DNA of 64,000 bases from NCBI GenBank assembly GCA_951406725.2, contig OX597817.1:65410001-65474000 (forward strand). The letters are read 5' to 3'. Origin of the DNA: Octopus vulgaris (lineage: Eukaryota). The notes beneath the pieces were generated by a model that saw only the letters and a list, made by a program, of their open reading frames with translations, had not been told where the DNA came from and ran no database searches. This document shows positions 11,778 to 25,752 of this stretch, one piece after another (the first letter of the stretch is position 1; each line of letters starts with the position of its first letter). A program made the position numbers and the translations under genes.

Positions 11778-12669
11778 TTTGAACCCAATTTGCGTTCTCT
11801 TTCTATACTTACACCACACCTACAAGCAACTCCAGAGTCTGATCTACAATTTAAATTGGATTTAGTACTTACATATCTACAGTATCCTACCAATATTTGA
11901 TAACTTCATTATTGTTTACTTCACTGTGAACAAATGTTATTGTACTTAGTCATTTCTAGCGTCCTTGATACTTTTGAATCTTTTAACTAATTATATAAAT
12001 ATGATCAGTTTAGATCAGTTCAAAATAAGTTTGGAACATCTTTGTCATGTACAAAGGGCATATTCACTGCTGCTTGCCTCTGAGAAGAATTCTCGCCTTA
12101 GGCAGTAGGTGTTATGAAACACCACAAGTCATTTCAAAGGTGCTCTCTCTCCCTCCCTCTGTCTCTCTGTCTCTCTGTCTCTCTCTCTCTCCCTATATAT
12201 ATATATGTGTGTGTGTGTATATATATACATACATATACATAAACGCACACATACGCATACACTCACACAGACACACATAGACACACATATACTCACATAT
12301 ATATAGTAAAAACGAGTAATCTGCTACGGACCAGCGCCGGAGAAACCAGGAAACCGGACCTATGCTCCTTATGGAATAATGTAGACTGACCACATACATA
12401 CATACATACATACAAACACACACATGTACACACAGACATGCATATATGTATATATATATATATACATACATATATAAATACATGCATACATAGCTACATA
12501 GATACATACATACATACATATACTCACGTTGTGAATGCGCCTGGCTTAGTGCTCAGGTGGTGCACACACGATCGTTAGATCGGGAGTTCGATTCCGGAAC
12601 CGTGCAGTTCTTGAGCAAAATACTTCATGTGACGCTAAAACGCTAAAACGGACAAGCATCTGTTAAGAG

Positions 12670-12789
12670 AATTGTTGGCTTGCTCGCCTATCCAACGGGA
12701 TGACATGACACGAAAGCGACAATGACCATCCCGAAATACAACAATATCTGTTTCAACACACGATTTCACATCAGGAATCTTGCAACGCG

Positions 12790-12821
<32 letters not shown>

Positions 12822-13277
12822 CAGGATGCAGCAGTCATATCAATAAGTTCGTCAATTGCCCGGTGGAGGTCCTCCAAAATCAGTTCATGAATGTTTGTGA
12901 TGTTTTCATCCATCCGGGAGGTCGACTGTCGCCCTGAACGAAATTGATCTTCAAGCGACAAGTGACCATTTCTAAAGCGTGAGACCACTTGTAAACGTGT
13001 ACATGAAAACAGTCTTGGCCGCTGTTTTTTCCCAGCAGAAAACAATTTCAAGAAAGCGCGCTATTCCTTCATTTCAGCCATCGCAAAAATCGACGAATAG
13101 GGGGTAAGCACTGCAAAACAAAGACGCACCAGGTAGCAGTACGAGTTGAAGCGACGAAACCGGTCGGCAGGGTTATGCCTGAGGGTCGCACTAAGTGGCT
13201 TCTAGCGGCGGAAGCCTGAACTTACAACGGGCTTGTCCCACAGAGAACGTTTGTAGTTACTTTCGGGTAACTCCTCG
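12670..13277 (-). mobile_element. Degenerate mariner element (5' TIR + transposase HTH fragment)
   Basis: TA-CGAGGAGTTACCCGAAAAGT terminus. Translation RFRNGHLSLEDQFRSGRQSTSRMDENITNIHELILED matches the mariner 'F..G..SLED..RSGRP' motif. Confidence 0.8.
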
Positions 13278-13284
13278 TATATAA

Positions 13285-13329
<45 letters not shown>

Positions 13330-14237
13330 GTATGTTGTATGAGTGAGTGTGTGTGTACATGTGTTATTCAATCTCCAATATACTGTTGGTTATTTTTTCA
13401 TGTCTGCCTCAGCATATCTTTACGATATTCAGCATATTCATGGCTTCTTTTTTTTCTTCATTCTAACATCTATCCACTTTCCTACATCCTCTCTTTTATC
13501 GCTTTGTTTCTTTTGTTGATATTTCGATTCTTTGTATTCCTTCCACTTCACTTTTTATTTCTTTCTACTCGTCCATATTGTACTCACTATATCTCCCCCT
13601 CCCTCCCCTCCCCCCTCCGTCTTTTGCTCGCAGTCTTGCTTATCTAAATCTCTTTTCCTTTCTTTTCTTACTTTGCTCATATTATTTTGTGTGAGTATTA
13701 TATATATATATATATATATATATAAGTGTGTGTGTGTGTTTATATGCATATATATATATATATACATGCATACATACATATGTATGTTTTTGTATGTATT
13801 ATAAGTCTAATTTCTGCTTTTGTCGCCCCCTCCACACTTTCTCACTTCATTATATCTACTCGTGTCTCATCTAACCATCCACCCACGTCATATAACGACA
13901 TCTCCTACACCTAAGTCTCTCTTAAGAACTTTATCACAGAAACTCAAAACATTAATCTGAATACCGGATGTGTGCAGCGTATCTATGTATTTCTCTATAC
14001 ATACGCATATATATATATATATCCTCGCGCGCGTATGTATGTGTTTCAGTTTGCATACTTGTGTGTGTGTATACTGTCTGTATGTGCTTGTTTCACTTTG
14101 AGTATATGCTACCTAATTGATGATTTTGTCCTTTAATTGCCTCTAAATCTAATTAATACGTATGCTTATCCCCGCTCAGGCGGTGTTTTTCTTCTTTTTA
14201 TCAATTATTGGGCCTCCTATCTTTGCTAGAAACAATA

Positions 14238-14258
14238 ATCACCATCATCATCACCATC

Positions 14259-14289
<31 letters not shown>

Positions 14290-14360
14290 GTATTTATCAT
14301 CATCATCATCGTCGTCGTCGTCATCATCATCATTATTATTGTTGTTGTTGTTGTTGTTAT

Positions 14361-14393
<33 letters not shown>

Positions 14394-14396
14394 TAC

Positions 14397-14432
<36 letters not shown>

Positions 14433-14452
14433 TACTATTATTATTATTATTT
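14238..14452. repeat. Compound trinucleotide microsatellite (CAT/CAC/GTC/TTG/TTA)n
   Basis: Directly visible. Confidence 0.95.
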
Positions 14453-14454
14453 TG

Positions 14455-14619
14455 AGGTATTTCGCCCGTCGCTCCGTTCTGCGTTCAAATTCCGCCGAAG
14501 TCGACTTTGCCATTGATCCTTTCGAGGTCGATAAAATAAGTACCAGTTGAAGACTGGGGCCGATGTAATCGACTCATCCCCCGCCCCAAAATTGCTGCCC
14601 TTTTGGAAAAATTTGAAAC

Positions 14620-14688
<69 letters not shown>

Positions 14689-15070
14689 CGTTAGCATGCT
14701 GGCCGAAATGTTTGGCGGGATATTGTCCGTCTTCATGTTCTGAGTTCAAATTCTGCGGAGGTCAGCTTTGCTTTGCATTCTTACAGGATCAATAAGTACC
14801 AGTTGAACACTGGGATCAATTTAATCGACTTTATTCCTCGCCTCCACAAAAACATTTTAGGCCTTGTGCCTATAGTTGAAAGGATTATTAGGCAGCAGGG
14901 CAAAAGAATCGTTAACACCTCAGATAAAATGCTTTGCGGCATTTCTTCTGGCTCCTTACCTACTGAGTTCAAATTCCACTGAGGTCGACTTCGTTTGTCA
15001 CCATTTTGGGATCGATGCAATAAGTACCAGATGAAAACAAGCCTCTTCTCCTTGTGCCTATATTAGAAAA
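14455..15070 (+). mobile_element. Three tandem partial copies of a tRNA-related SINE separated by (TTA)n
   Basis: Repeated GTTCAAATTC (B box)..GAGGTCGACTTTGCC..GATAAAATAAGTACCAGTTG core. Confidence 0.8.
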
Positions 15071-15344
15071 TTGTATTAGTATTAACATTATAAAGTCTAT
15101 GGGGAATAGGCATTTCTCACAAGTGTCACAGGAACTTCAGAAGTTGAATAATATACGAAAGCTTCATGAAATTTATATTCTTATAGAAACCCTTACCCAT
15201 ATATAAACTTACACTCACGCATACAATCTCATCTACCCATTCACTCACAGAAGTACAGAACTCTCTTATTTTCTGTTTTCTCTGTTTATACATACACATA
15301 CATACATTCCTTGCATGCATACATACACACACACACACTTATTG

Positions 15345-16545
15345 GTTATAGAATTAAAGTGAAATATGTAATGGGGATCACAGGGGGACAAGTTAGTTCT
15401 AGATCTGGAAGAGGAACAAGAGATGCTACTCTTAATCCAAAGTTGGTTGTTCAGAAAACTAGAGAGCGTGCGGGAAAATTATTTATTGCTTTCAATGGCT
15501 ATCAAAAAGCTTTTGACAAAGTTATTCATGAGATATTTTGGTTAGTGATGGCATAAATGAGATTTCCACGGCATTTTATAGAATTATTAAAATCACGTTA
15601 TTCTTAATAAACTGCAACTGTCAAAACTAATGCGTGCTTTAGTGAATGGTTTAAGATTAAGAGGGTGGTAAGGTACGACAAGGAAGCATTCGTTCTTCTC
15701 TCTGTGTAACATCATATAATGAGGCAAGCTTTAGAATGGTTTGAAGGTACAGTTAAAAATCAGTGGATGAATGGTCACCACTCTCAGATATGTCAATGAT
15801 ACTGCCCTTATTACTGGTAGCTTGAAGAATCAAGAGTACTGATGTAGAAAGGGAAAGAAAAAAAATGAAGAATATGGTTTATTCCTTAATTTTAACAAAA
15901 CTGAATCAATGATTACCCCAGGAAGAGATGATGAAGATATTCCTATAATAATTGATAACGAAACTGTCAAATTGGTTTATGAGTTTTACTATCTTGGAAG
16001 TATTATTACAAATCAATATGATGACAGAAAGGAGATAAGAATTGAAAAAGTAAAATATACTCTTATCCTTTTAAACCGGATTTAGGGAAAAAATATCTAT
16101 CAATAAGTAAATCTATCAATAAACCTGAAGATACTGCACATTTTCATATTTTCAATAATATACGGATCTAAATGTTAGACTCTGATGTAAAAGAGCTGAT
16201 ATAAAGAAGAAAAAACGATAGAGATTTACTCAGTGTTATAGAAGAATACAAAGGATTAAACAAATATGAAAAGGACAAAAATCAGTACGTGTTAGATTAA
16301 ACGAAACCGTATATATTTTTGTATGTGGTAAGGGCAGATGATCTACAAATATTGTTGGCTTCTGGGAAAGCTTCTGGAAAAGGACCAAAAGAGAAACTTA
16401 GACACAATTGAATCGATGGCATAAGAAGATAACATTATTAAAAATGCAAAATTTAATAAGAACAGTGGAAGATAAGAGATGAATGGAGAAGTATAGTCGG
16501 TTGAACTATTGTTTGTACTCCAAGAATTGATTGTTACAGATATTG
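15345..16545 (+). pseudogene. Decayed RTE-clade LINE reverse transcriptase fragment
   Basis: GRGTRDA, FIAF..YQKAFDKV.H, QG, LRY(V)ND (from YADD), F.YLGS, YGS, with many stops and frameshifts. Confidence 0.8.
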
Positions 16546-16924
16546 ATGATATATAGGTAGTAGTAACATTAATAAACTAGATAATTACAATAGTCCAATG
16601 CAAAAAAATAAATAAAATTTACGTTCAATATAAAGCAGACAGTATCAATGTTTGCGTATTAAGCAGTTATCTCTTCCACATGTGGAATATACAAAATGAT
16701 TTCTAGTTTAACTTAAAACGAATTCATCACGGTAAACAGTTACTATCAGTGTAATACCCTTCTCTATCTCTACATATAGGTTGTTTAGTGTTCATTATAA
16801 GAAAAAAACTACGACCTATCACAAAAGACATTAACTGTATATGCCTTATCGCTTCTATATGATCAGATAGACCGTGCGTCGTAGTTGCCTATCTAAGGGA
16901 AATAATTTTTCCATCATATAAAGC

Positions 16925-16984
<60 letters not shown>

Positions 16985-17049
16985 ATATATACAAATATAA
17001 TGTGTGTGTGCATATATATATGTATATATATACTTCCATACATATATTT

Positions 17050-17106
<57 letters not shown>

Positions 17107-17466
17107 CACACACGAACACGCGCACATACACACACACACGCACACGCACATTATTTATGAAGCAAATATAATTATTAAAACATACTCAGGGAAGATACAC
17201 TTCATTCGATCTGTTTTGCCAAATTTCAATGACACAAAAGCAAGGTAGATTGAAGATCTAAACCCAGCGGAAATCAAATCGTAATAGTATGACTGCTTGG
17301 AATATTTCTGCTAATGTTTCTGATTGAAGTTGTTATTTTTAGCGGAATAGCTATATTATAAAATTTATATTAATAGAATGTCTGCTAAGATTATGAGTGG
17401 TTATCTATATATCTATATAGCTGTGTATGTACATGTGTACTTGGATGTATGTATTATGTATGCCTG

Positions 17467-17633
<167 letters not shown>

Positions 17634-17744
17634 TATAGCAATAAACATAAATACTGCATAGATATAAAAATACTTCTTGCATATTTATACTTATAGTAGA
17701 GGATTCAATAAAATAAACTAAATCAATAATCAATAATTGTTTCA

Positions 17745-17957
17745 AACATTGCTACAAGGCCAGAGTTTATAGGGAGACGGCGGAGGCATTCGCTTACATC
17801 GGCCTCAGTGTTCAAATGGTGCTCATTTTATTAACCACCTCCTTCACCGACAAGATGAGAGAGATGTTGACCTCGGTAGAATATGAACTCAGATTGTAAA
17901 GACCCGGAGGAAACGCCGCTGCACATTTCGCTAATGATTCTGTCAGCTCACCGCTAC
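17745..17957 (-). mobile_element. tRNA-related SINE copy (same family as 14455-15070)
   Basis: Reverse complement of the GGTGAGCTGACAGAATCATTAGC...GAGGTCAAC core. Confidence 0.7.
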
Positions 17958-17995
17958 GAATAATAATAATGATAATGATGATGATGATGATAATG

Positions 17996-18054
<59 letters not shown>

Positions 18055-18057
<3 letters not shown>

Positions 18058-19260
18058 CAACACCTGGGCGGTTTCACTCCTTAGATACGGAGCAGAGGTA
18101 ATTGCATGGACCGTAGACGAACTAAACAGCTTAGACAGAAAGACAAGGAAGTTGCTGACTAGATATGGGATACTCCACCAGAAAGGTGACGCAGAATGAC
18201 TCTATATACCTAGAAAAAAGGGGGAAGAGGACTGATTGGATGCGAACACAGCATTAGAGCAGAAAAAACAACATAGCATGGTATGTAAAAAATGCCTCAG
18301 AACTACTGTTATTGGAAGTAGGAATGTCAGGCTTGTGTAGGATGCAAGATTGCAAAGATAAAGCACTGTACAAGCACTTGAGAGTGAATGAAACTGAAAA
18401 TAGGTGGATAAAGAAAAGAATGCATGGACAATTTCATGGGGATGTTGAAGATAAGACAGACAAAGAAAACAGATCGCTATAGATGACTAAACATGATTTA
18501 AAACCGGAAACGGAGGCTCTAGTCTGTGCTTCCCAAAAGCAAGCACTAAAAACGAATTACATCAAGTACAGAATAGACAACACATCAATAAGTGACAAGT
18601 GCGGAATTTTTGGACAAAATGGTGAAACGGTATGGCGTATTACCAGTGAATGTACGCCACTAGCCCAAAAGAATATGGGACATCATGACAATATAGCAAG
18701 GAGTGCATTGGACACTTAGCAACAACTATAGACCTGACAGAGCAAAAAGTGGTACGAACATAAACCCAAAGGCATCATCGAAAGTGATAATACAAAGATC
18801 CTATGTGATTTTATGTTTCAGTGCAACCATGAGATAGAGAATAGGAAACCAGACACAGTGTTAATTGAAAGGAAGCAAACAATGCTGGATCATAGATATA
18901 ACATGCCCAGCTGACAACAATGTATGCGATAAGGAAGAAAGAAAAGTCGATAGATATAACAGGTTAGCTTGGGAGATTAAGCAGTTGTGGACGAGGAAAA
19001 AAGTGGTAGTATTACCTATAATTGTCGGAGCCCTGGGAACAGTGAGTAAAAGTCTTGAGAACTACATAGAACAAATAGGGGCTGCAATAGGGGTGGAGCA
19101 CTTGCAGAAAAAAGCACTGTTTGGAATCGTTCGAATACTCCGGATGGTACTCGAAAAATGAAGGGTGTTACCTTAGATCACTGGTAGTGAAACACTGTCA
19201 ACGTAGTACATCTCCAGCGACGGAAGATGTGCAAAAACAATAAATAAAAACAATAATAAT
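18055..19260 (+). mobile_element. 5'-truncated Dong/R4-clade non-LTR retrotransposon (RT thumb, zinc knuckle, restriction-like endonuclease), pseudogenised, inside (TAA)n
   Basis: INTWAV.LLRY, LDRKTRKLL, LYIPRK.GGRGL, ETEALVCA.Q.QAL.T, decayed CCHC (DKC...ETV..I.SEC), HDNIA, RKPD, IIDITCP, VVLPIIVGALG. TAA repeats on both sides. Confidence 0.9.
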
Positions 19261-19329
19261 AGTCTTTTCTACTATTGATACAAAGCCTGAAATATTTTCG
19301 AAAAGTGGGCTAGCCGATTACATTTCATT

Positions 19330-19722
19330 CTGAACCATGTGGTTCTGGATTCAGTTCCATTTCATGACTCCTTGCACAAGTGTCTTTTACTATAGCCCAT
19401 GGCCTTGGGAGTATATTTGGTTAGAGGGTAACTGAAAGAAGCCCTTGGTATACGTATGTGTGTGTGTATATATATGTATGTATGTATGAATGTATGTATG
19501 TATGTTTATGCCTTTATCTCCGTGTTTGTCATCCACCTCCGCTTGACAACCGGTGTTGGTGTGTTTACGTCTCCGTAAATTAGTGGTTTCGCAAAAGGAA
19601 CGGATTGATTAAGTACCGGGTTAAACGAAAATAAGTACACGGGTTGATTCGTTCGACTAAAATTCAAGGCGGTACTCCAGCCTGGATGCAATCTAATGAC
19701 TGAAAGAAGTTAAAGCTAAAAA
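19330..19722 (+). mobile_element. Bipartite SINE: tRNA-like head, internal microsatellite, 3' tail
   Basis: Head GGTTCTGGATTCAGTTCCA...AAGAAGCCC, then (TG/TATG)n, then the tail shared with 6800-6975. Confidence 0.7.
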
Positions 19723-20476
19723 GTATATGTATATATGCGTGTGTGTCTGTGTGTGCCTGTGAGTACACATATCTAAATATAAATATACTTATATATGCAA
19801 CCGACACTGATATGTTTGTTTACATGTAAATATATTTACACTCATACGCCCATACATACATAATGCATGCATGCATGCATACATTCATACATACATGCAT
19901 ACATACATACATGCATACATACATACATACATACATAAATTACCATTTACGTATGTATACGCAAAAAGAATGGTATCAATGTCAAGTAATTCTCTCCCCA
20001 TTTAAAGACTACATCAAACAAAAATTGCAAAAATACTTCACATTTACGTTATAGATAACTCTTTATGACTTGAGAAATATACGGATAAAATTATATACAA
20101 ATACCACACACGCGCTGTTAGACGCTTACCCAGAGGTACACGCAGTAATACAGATATATGTGTATGTGTGTGAGTGTACATGTTATATATATATATATAT
20201 ATACACACACAAATATGAATTGACGAATTTAGCTGAAACATCGTAGCTACCGTTTCCTTTCAACCTGACTGGAATAATGTAAAATGATGTTTTCTTCAAG
20301 AACACAACTCACAGCCGGTCGTGGAATCGAAACTAATATCACACGACCGTGAGAACATCAATGGAACTACTGTAACAACGAGCCTTTACAAATATATGTG
20401 CATGTATATATATACCGGTGCTCCAGCATGGCCACAGTCAAATGACTGAAACAAGTAAAAGAATAAAAGAGTAAAA

Positions 20477-20531
<55 letters not shown>

Positions 20532-20566
20532 TCGAAGTGTACAGTATTATATATCCATTACTGCCG

Positions 20567-20650
20567 ATCTTACCAATCGGTTTCGTGCTTTGGATTGAAC
20601 GGAGTCTTAGGTAACAGTCAGATTATGTAACACTGCGCTCATCAGAGGTA
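20567..20650 (-). ncRNA. Type I hammerhead ribozyme motif (Penelope-type), slightly degenerate
   Basis: Minus strand: cct-CTGATGA-gcgc..(loop)..gcac-GAAA-ccgattg-GTA-agat. Confidence 0.65.
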
Positions 20651-22703
20651 GCCGTTATGGAATGAAATATGGCGACTGCTGTCTATTGTTGGAGAACTAT
20701 TGACAGTTATACGAGTGCATTATGTCTTGACTTATAGACCCTTAGACGACTTACGCATGCACATACACACATACGTGTGTGTGTGTGTATGCATCTGTGT
20801 TTGTGTACATGTGCATTCATATCTAATTCGTTGATGATCATTCAGTAATTCGGTCAACCGAGCGAATAAGTGGCTGAATATTTTACAGAGCCGTGTAAAA
20901 CTCAATTCCTAACCCGCTTGAGAGTGACAAAGTATAGGATAAAGCTGAACTTTTGAATCACATGTACAAGTCTTCTGCTTTTATACAGTTTGTCTCACGA
21001 AACTTTGTTCGAAATCACTTGCCCAAGATCTCTAGCTGCTGGTTCGAGTGCGGAACTACATACTGGGTGGTAGCATGCTTAATCTGTCAGCTGCGTTTGT
21101 GGTCGCGTTCATTATGATCTAATTCAGTAATAACATCTTTGAAAATTTCAGAAGCTACTAATTTGCATACTGAAATGTTTAATACTTTATCTAATATCAG
21201 CAATGGGGATCTAATTTCAGACAATGTCAAGATATGATACAATATATACAATAAACAAGTATAACTATTACTTGTAGACTGAGCCTTAAGCGATTATGTG
21301 GAACCAATAATACCAGCACGTTTTTTCTCTCCTTTTCGTTTTTCCTTTCTCTCACTATTGCTTCTTCTCATCTCTTTCTATCGAAGTGGGTAGGCTGTAA
21401 ACGTCAACAACTCTCTCCTCTCACCGAGCGTCAAATTTTGCTTGTGTATGGACGAACAACTATTTATCCTTTTTTACAACCACACGCTGGTCAACATCTA
21501 TGAAGAACGTGTTTTCAGATGTTTATATTGGAAAAATGACTTATTGATGAGCACTGTTGTTTATCATCTCCTTCCTGATGAGGTTGATGTATTTTTCCAC
21601 ATTATTCATCCTCTCAGATTTATTTTAACGCATCAATCGAAACATATGTCGGTGATATGATGATATAAATGATTTAAATAGCATTTGTGCGTTTGTCTCC
21701 ATTTCCATTATTCATATATATATATATATATATATATACGAGTAAAAATAACTCTGTGAGTGTGCGTGCGTGTGTGCATGTACACGTGTATTGGTTAGGC
21801 TTTGCAGTTCTAGTGTAACATTCAAAACAAGATAACACCAGCATCTGACTTCACAAGATCAAATTTGTATCAGTTGCATTTCTTTCTACCGTATTCATTT
21901 CTGGTTTCTAGTTTAAGTGCATCTTTTCTGTTAATAGGATCATGTATGTATGTATGTATGTATGTATGTATGTATGTATGTATGTATGTATGTATGTATG
22001 TCTGTATGTATGTATGTATGTATGTATAAATGAGTATATGAATGCGCATGTGTGTGTGTGCGCGTGTATGTCTACGTTGTATGATGTATAGGTTGTGCTT
22101 ATATAGGTACTTATTTTTTGCCTATGCTGAAAACTGAATATACCTTTGTCTTGCAATACACACACAGACACACACAAGTGTGTGTGTGTCTGTTACCAAC
22201 TATTTACTTTGCTTCTCTATTTCTCTCTCGATCTACACACACACACACACACACACACGCGCACACACACACACATACACACTCATATGAGAATAAACTG
22301 GAGAAACAGAACTCTATACATGAGTATCTTTTACCTGAAAACGTGCTGTCAATCGTAATCACTTGAAGACGAACACCTACACAGCTATTGGATCATATTA
22401 ATGCAATAATGTTTATAATATGTATAACTTTCAGCAAATATCAGCTGATACTCATGCACAGAAACAATTGTAGTGATTTGGAGTAAAGCCTGTTCATTTC
22501 ATCTTCTTGTATTAAAATTCTTCTGTATAACTTCTATGGACATTAACGGATTTGCACATCTTTAACCAGTCCTACTCTATGATAGCATATGGTAGCTGGT
22601 ACATATACAGGAGTTTTGGAAAGCACGCTATAAGGTTATTACCCGGATCATATTAAATATACATACATATATATAAACATACATACATATGTATGTATGT
22701 ATG

Positions 22704-22735
<32 letters not shown>

Positions 22736-22799
22736 CATGTATGTATGTGGGTGGGTGTAAGAGTGCATAAATATATGTGCATATGTGTGTATATATATA

Positions 22800-23110
22800 T
22801 GTTATTTTATTCTTTTACATGTTTCAGTCATTTGACTGCGACCACACTGGGGCACCGCCTTTTAGTCGAACAAATGGTCCCTAGGACTTATTTTTTGTAA
22901 GCCTAGTATATAGTGTATAGGTGTCTTTTGCTGAATCGCTAACTTACGGGGATCTAAAGACATTAACATCGGTGGTGCGACAAACACAGTCACACTAATA
23001 CATCCATCCATCCATCCATCCATCCATCCATCCATCCATCCATCCATCCATCCATACATACATACATACATACATACATACATACATACATACATACATA
23101 CATACATACA

Positions 23111-23195
<85 letters not shown>

Positions 23196-23370
23196 ATGTA
23201 TATATATATATACATGACGGGCGTCATTCAGTTTCCGTCTACCAAATCCACTCGCAAGGTTTTGGTCGGCCCGAATCTATAGCAGAAGGCACCTGCCCGA
23301 CGTGTCAGGTAGTGGGACGGAATCATGCGGTTGGGAAGCAAGCTTCTTACCACGCAGCCACTCCTGTGTA
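22800..23370 (-). mobile_element. Bipartite SINE with expanded internal (CATC/CATA/TA)n microsatellite
   Basis: Tail at 22800-22980 and head at 23215-23370, both reverse complements of the family at 19330-19722 and 40445-40586. Confidence 0.75.
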
Positions 23371-24084
23371 CATAAATTTTATCGTTTATTTGTTTTAGCC
23401 TCAGTATTTATGCATTTTTTTCTTTTCTGTTTTAAGACTGGCACCTATTATGTCGGTGTCATTTGCAAAACTGCTAAGTGTGGGGGAGGAAAACAAAACA
23501 ACACCAGTTGTCAAATAGTGTGTGTGGTGATGACAAATAGATACAAAGACACACACACACATATACAATGGGCTTCCCCATAGTTTCCATCTACCAAATT
23601 TACCAACAAGCTATTGGTCAGCCCGGCATTATAGTAAAAGATACATGCCTAAGGTAATGCACAGTGTGACTAAACCCCAAATCACGTGCTCCTTATCCAC
23701 ACATTACTAGCTATGTATGTGTGTATATTTATGTGCTTATGAGTGTGTGTGTGTGCGTGTGCGTGTGTGTGTGAGCGTGCTTGTGCACCTGCGTTTAAGT
23801 AAATTGCTGACAGGAATCTATCTGTCTGCCTGTCTGTTTGCCTACCTGTCTATCTGTCTGTCGGTCCGTCTTTTTAAAATAGCCACCATATAATACACCA
23901 TATTCCATTAACTGATTCCACAGACTTATTCTTATAAAGAATGCCTTCTGTTAGGATACAGGGATAAACAACACCATCATTTTCTAAATATTTCCCAAAT
24001 TGTTTTTCAAGAAGCCAAGAACTGTGCTAAAAGCGTCAAACTAAAGAATCTCATAACATTTTCCCGTCCCCTCTTTCTTAGTTT

Positions 24085-24151
<67 letters not shown>

Positions 24152-24649
24152 ATCTCTTTTCTCTTTTTTTCTTTCTTCCTTTCTTCTCCCTCCTCTCTCT
24201 CTCTGTCCCGCTCTCTCTATGTTCTCTTATTTTCTCTCAGCCTCTCTCTCTTTCCACTAACTCGTTCTACACCTTTCTCTTTCTCGTTCATTTCCACTCC
24301 TCTCTTCCTCTCTTTCTTCCCCTCCTTCCCTCCTGCCCCTCTCCACACTCACTCCTCCATCTTTCTGTCTTTCACCTTCCTGTACTCCAATTAAATTTCC
24401 ACTTTTGCTACAATTACTACCATTCGCCATGAACCGGAACTACAGAAACTTGATCTCTACACTTTATGCGAACAGTGACCAACACCACCACAACCACCAG
24501 CACCATTACTACCAATCCAAACATTATTAACACTACTACCAACACAACAATCACTACTTACACTACCCTCAATTTCTACCCACATGCAGATATAAGGTGT
24601 CGTTTAACCAACCACTTGATATACTTTTCAGAATGAGGTTAAATTTGTA

Positions 24650-24960
24650 TTATCTTTTTTGCTTCAGTCATTAGACTGCGGTCATGTTGGGGCAATACCT
24701 TGAAGAATTTTAGTCCAATGAATCGGTCCCAGTACTTTTTTCTATTTTCTAGGCAGGTACATATTCTCTTTTGCCGAACCGCTAAGTTACGGGGACGTAA
24801 ACACACCTACACCGGATGTCAAGCGGTACAGGGACACACACACATACACATATATACGACGGGCTTCTTTCAGTTTCTGTCTACCAAATACACTCACTTA
24901 GACTTGCCTTAAGATACCACGCAGTAGGACTGAACCTGGAACCATGCTTTTGGGAAGCAA
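24650..24960 (-). mobile_element. Bipartite SINE copy
   Basis: Tail (CAGTCATTAGACTGCGGTCATG) plus head (ACGACGGGCTTCTTTCAGTTT...GGACTGAACC). Confidence 0.75.
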
Positions 24961-25044
24961 AAAAATGAAAATATAAATAAAAATATATGTTGAATGTTGG
25001 ATGTAATATCCGACATATATATATATCCGACAATATATATATAT

Positions 25045-25169
<125 letters not shown>

Positions 25170-25171
25170 TA

Positions 25172-25752
25172 CGAACAAAACGCCCCTCCCTGTCCAATGG
25201 ACGCTGCTGTGTTGTCAAACATTTAAACCAAATTTTCTCAAAACAACTTACCCGACCGTCCCATAGGCCTCTTCTTTGAGAAACACTGATTTAACCTAAA
25301 TTTGAGACACCACCAAAAGAAGAAATAAAGATAGACTTTTTATCTATTCCAAAGAAAAACTATTTTATTCACACAAATATGCAACCGAAGAGTTTACAGT
25401 ACCAGTCATAATGTTGTTGACTGGGAGAACACAAACATGGTTTAAACAGTAAGCTTGGCAAGAAAGAAACGTGCCTTTAAGCAGTAAAAAAAACAACAAC
25501 TACACGTTCATTTTTCTTGCGTACGCATAGTATCGATCGCAAAAGCTGATGTACTTGCACGTACAAATGCACGTTTCCACAGCTATATCGATCGCATTAT
25601 CACCTGGAATCGATTTTTGTAATTTTTTCGAGACTTATACACGCCATTATACCGTCGGTATCTACATATCGATTTTGAGCGCAATCAGATGGAAGATGCC
25701 CGAGATCCTAGAAGACACAGACAGACAGACAGAACGGATTTTATATAATAGA
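25172..25752 (-). mobile_element. Probable non-autonomous Helitron-like element
   Basis: Minus-strand 5' end TCTATTATATAAAATCCGTTCTGTCTGTCTG, in the same style as the other Helitron heads in this window. Inserted in TA repeats. The 3' end is non-canonical. Confidence 0.45.
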
